Of a stretch of DNA of 64,000 nt, positions 63,350-64,000 are shown in pieces (within the stretch, counting starts at the first letter, position 1; every line of letters starts with the position of its first letter). A program made the translations under genes and the position numbers. This stretch comes from a virus (lineage: Duplodnaviria > Caudoviricetes). The notes beneath the pieces were generated by a model. That model saw only the letters and a program-made list of their open reading frames with translations, did no database searches and had not been told where the DNA came from. Location: the IMG/VR virus record IMGVR_UViG_2880987659_000002, positions 29-64,028 of that record. One strand, written 5' to 3'.

Positions 63350-64000
63350 TTAGCCGGACGTGAACGCCAGGACGTGCGTGTCCCCGCCGACCTTGATCGT
63401 CAGCAGATACGCTTTCGGGTCGTACATGATCGGCTGCATCAGCAGCAGGCCGGACAGCGTCGCCTTCGGGGGGATTGTGGTCTCTGCTGGCAACATGACA
63501 TCGGTCACGCGGCTCGCCGTCGTCCAACGATCCGCTGTCACAAGGCCCGTGCCGAGCCCACCGCCGGCGGCTACGGCGGTTGCGCCCACCGTCGAGACAG
63601 GCGCCACGCCTACGCCTGCCACGGCGGTGGCTCCGCCAAGCGTGATGGCCGATACCACCGCCGAAATCTGCAGGTCGGCCTTTGCTTCGTCTGGCGGCAT
63701 CGTTCTCAACGGGGCGCCCGTGACCGCGTTTGATGCGGATATGTCCGTATAGGCAAACAATATGGGCCGGTCGCTCGTGTTCTGGATCTCCACCACGAAT
63801 TGCTCGCGACCGCCCGGATCGTTGATCAACGGGGCGGCCCGAACGCTCACCACCGAGTGCGCCCCGCGAGAGACTGCAGCCTGCCGCCCATTCTGGAGGC
63901 CCGTGGCCTGTCCCGGCGCCGGCACCACCTGGCTGGTGGTACACCCGCCCACACACAATGCGGCGCAAATGGCCGCCAACGTTACATTACGCACACGCAC
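63350..64000 (-). CDS. Putative lipoprotein (start at or near the window edge)
   Basis: TLAAICAALCVGGC lipobox; internal Gly/Ala-rich hydrophobic segment. Confidence 0.7.
   Translation of the reverse strand: MRVRNVTLAAICAALCVGGCTTSQVVPAPGQATGLQNGRQAAVSRGAHSVVSVRAAPLINDPGGREQFVVEIQNTSDRPILFAYTDISASNAVTGAPLRTMPPDEAKADLQISAVVSAITLGGATAVAGVGVAPVSTVGATAVAAGGGLGTGLVTADRWTTASRVTDVMLPAETTIPPKATLSGLLLMQPIMYDPKAYLLTIKVGGDTHVLAFTSG

Larger units (their letters stand above)
21143..64000 (-). mobile_element. Mu-like transposable prophage with non-contractile tail; the repressor-side end lies beyond the window
   Basis: Repressor, ner, MuA, MuB, gemA, mor, lysis, gp25-29-like, MuF, capsid, tail, com-MTase in Mu gene order. 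Confidence 0.93.

Noticed and set aside
1-64000. CRISPR array, rRNA or IS element
   Set aside because: No regularly spaced repeat-spacer run, no rRNA-like sequence, and the only transposase is the phage MuA.

Overview
The whole window is mobile DNA from a high-GC bacterium, probably an alphaproteobacterium (inferred from the protein families). It holds three stacked elements. (1) 1-5589, open to the left: an island with a P4-type tyrosine integrase, AlpA, a predicted HUH endonuclease next to a perfect 27-bp inverted repeat, a serine resolvase and a DEDDh exonuclease. It ends at a 45-bp 3' fragment of tRNA-Gly(CCC), which looks like an att core. (2) ~5635-21142: a ~15.5-kb tailless element. 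It encodes an HK97-type head and packaging module in permuted order (portal, protease, capsid, decoration-like protein, HNH/P-loop fusion, head-tail connector, TerS, TerL), an anti-phage-type dCTP deaminase, an XRE switch, a candidate C4/CI-like antisense RNA and its own integrase. It looks like a capsid-forming phage satellite (cf-PICI-like). (3) ~21143 to beyond 64000: a nearly complete Mu-like transposable prophage with a lambda-like non-contractile tail, apparently inserted into the 3' end of the satellite integrase. It carries MuA/MuB, Ner, a repressor, GemA, Mor, a Com plus DNA methyltransferase pair, an MT-A70 methyltransferase, a PAPS-reductase-like gene, a protease-capsid fusion and a MuF-ADP-ribosyltransferase fusion. 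No host housekeeping genes, rRNA, intact tRNA, CRISPR array or reverse transcriptase were seen. All family calls are motif recognition by eye; no database search was run.
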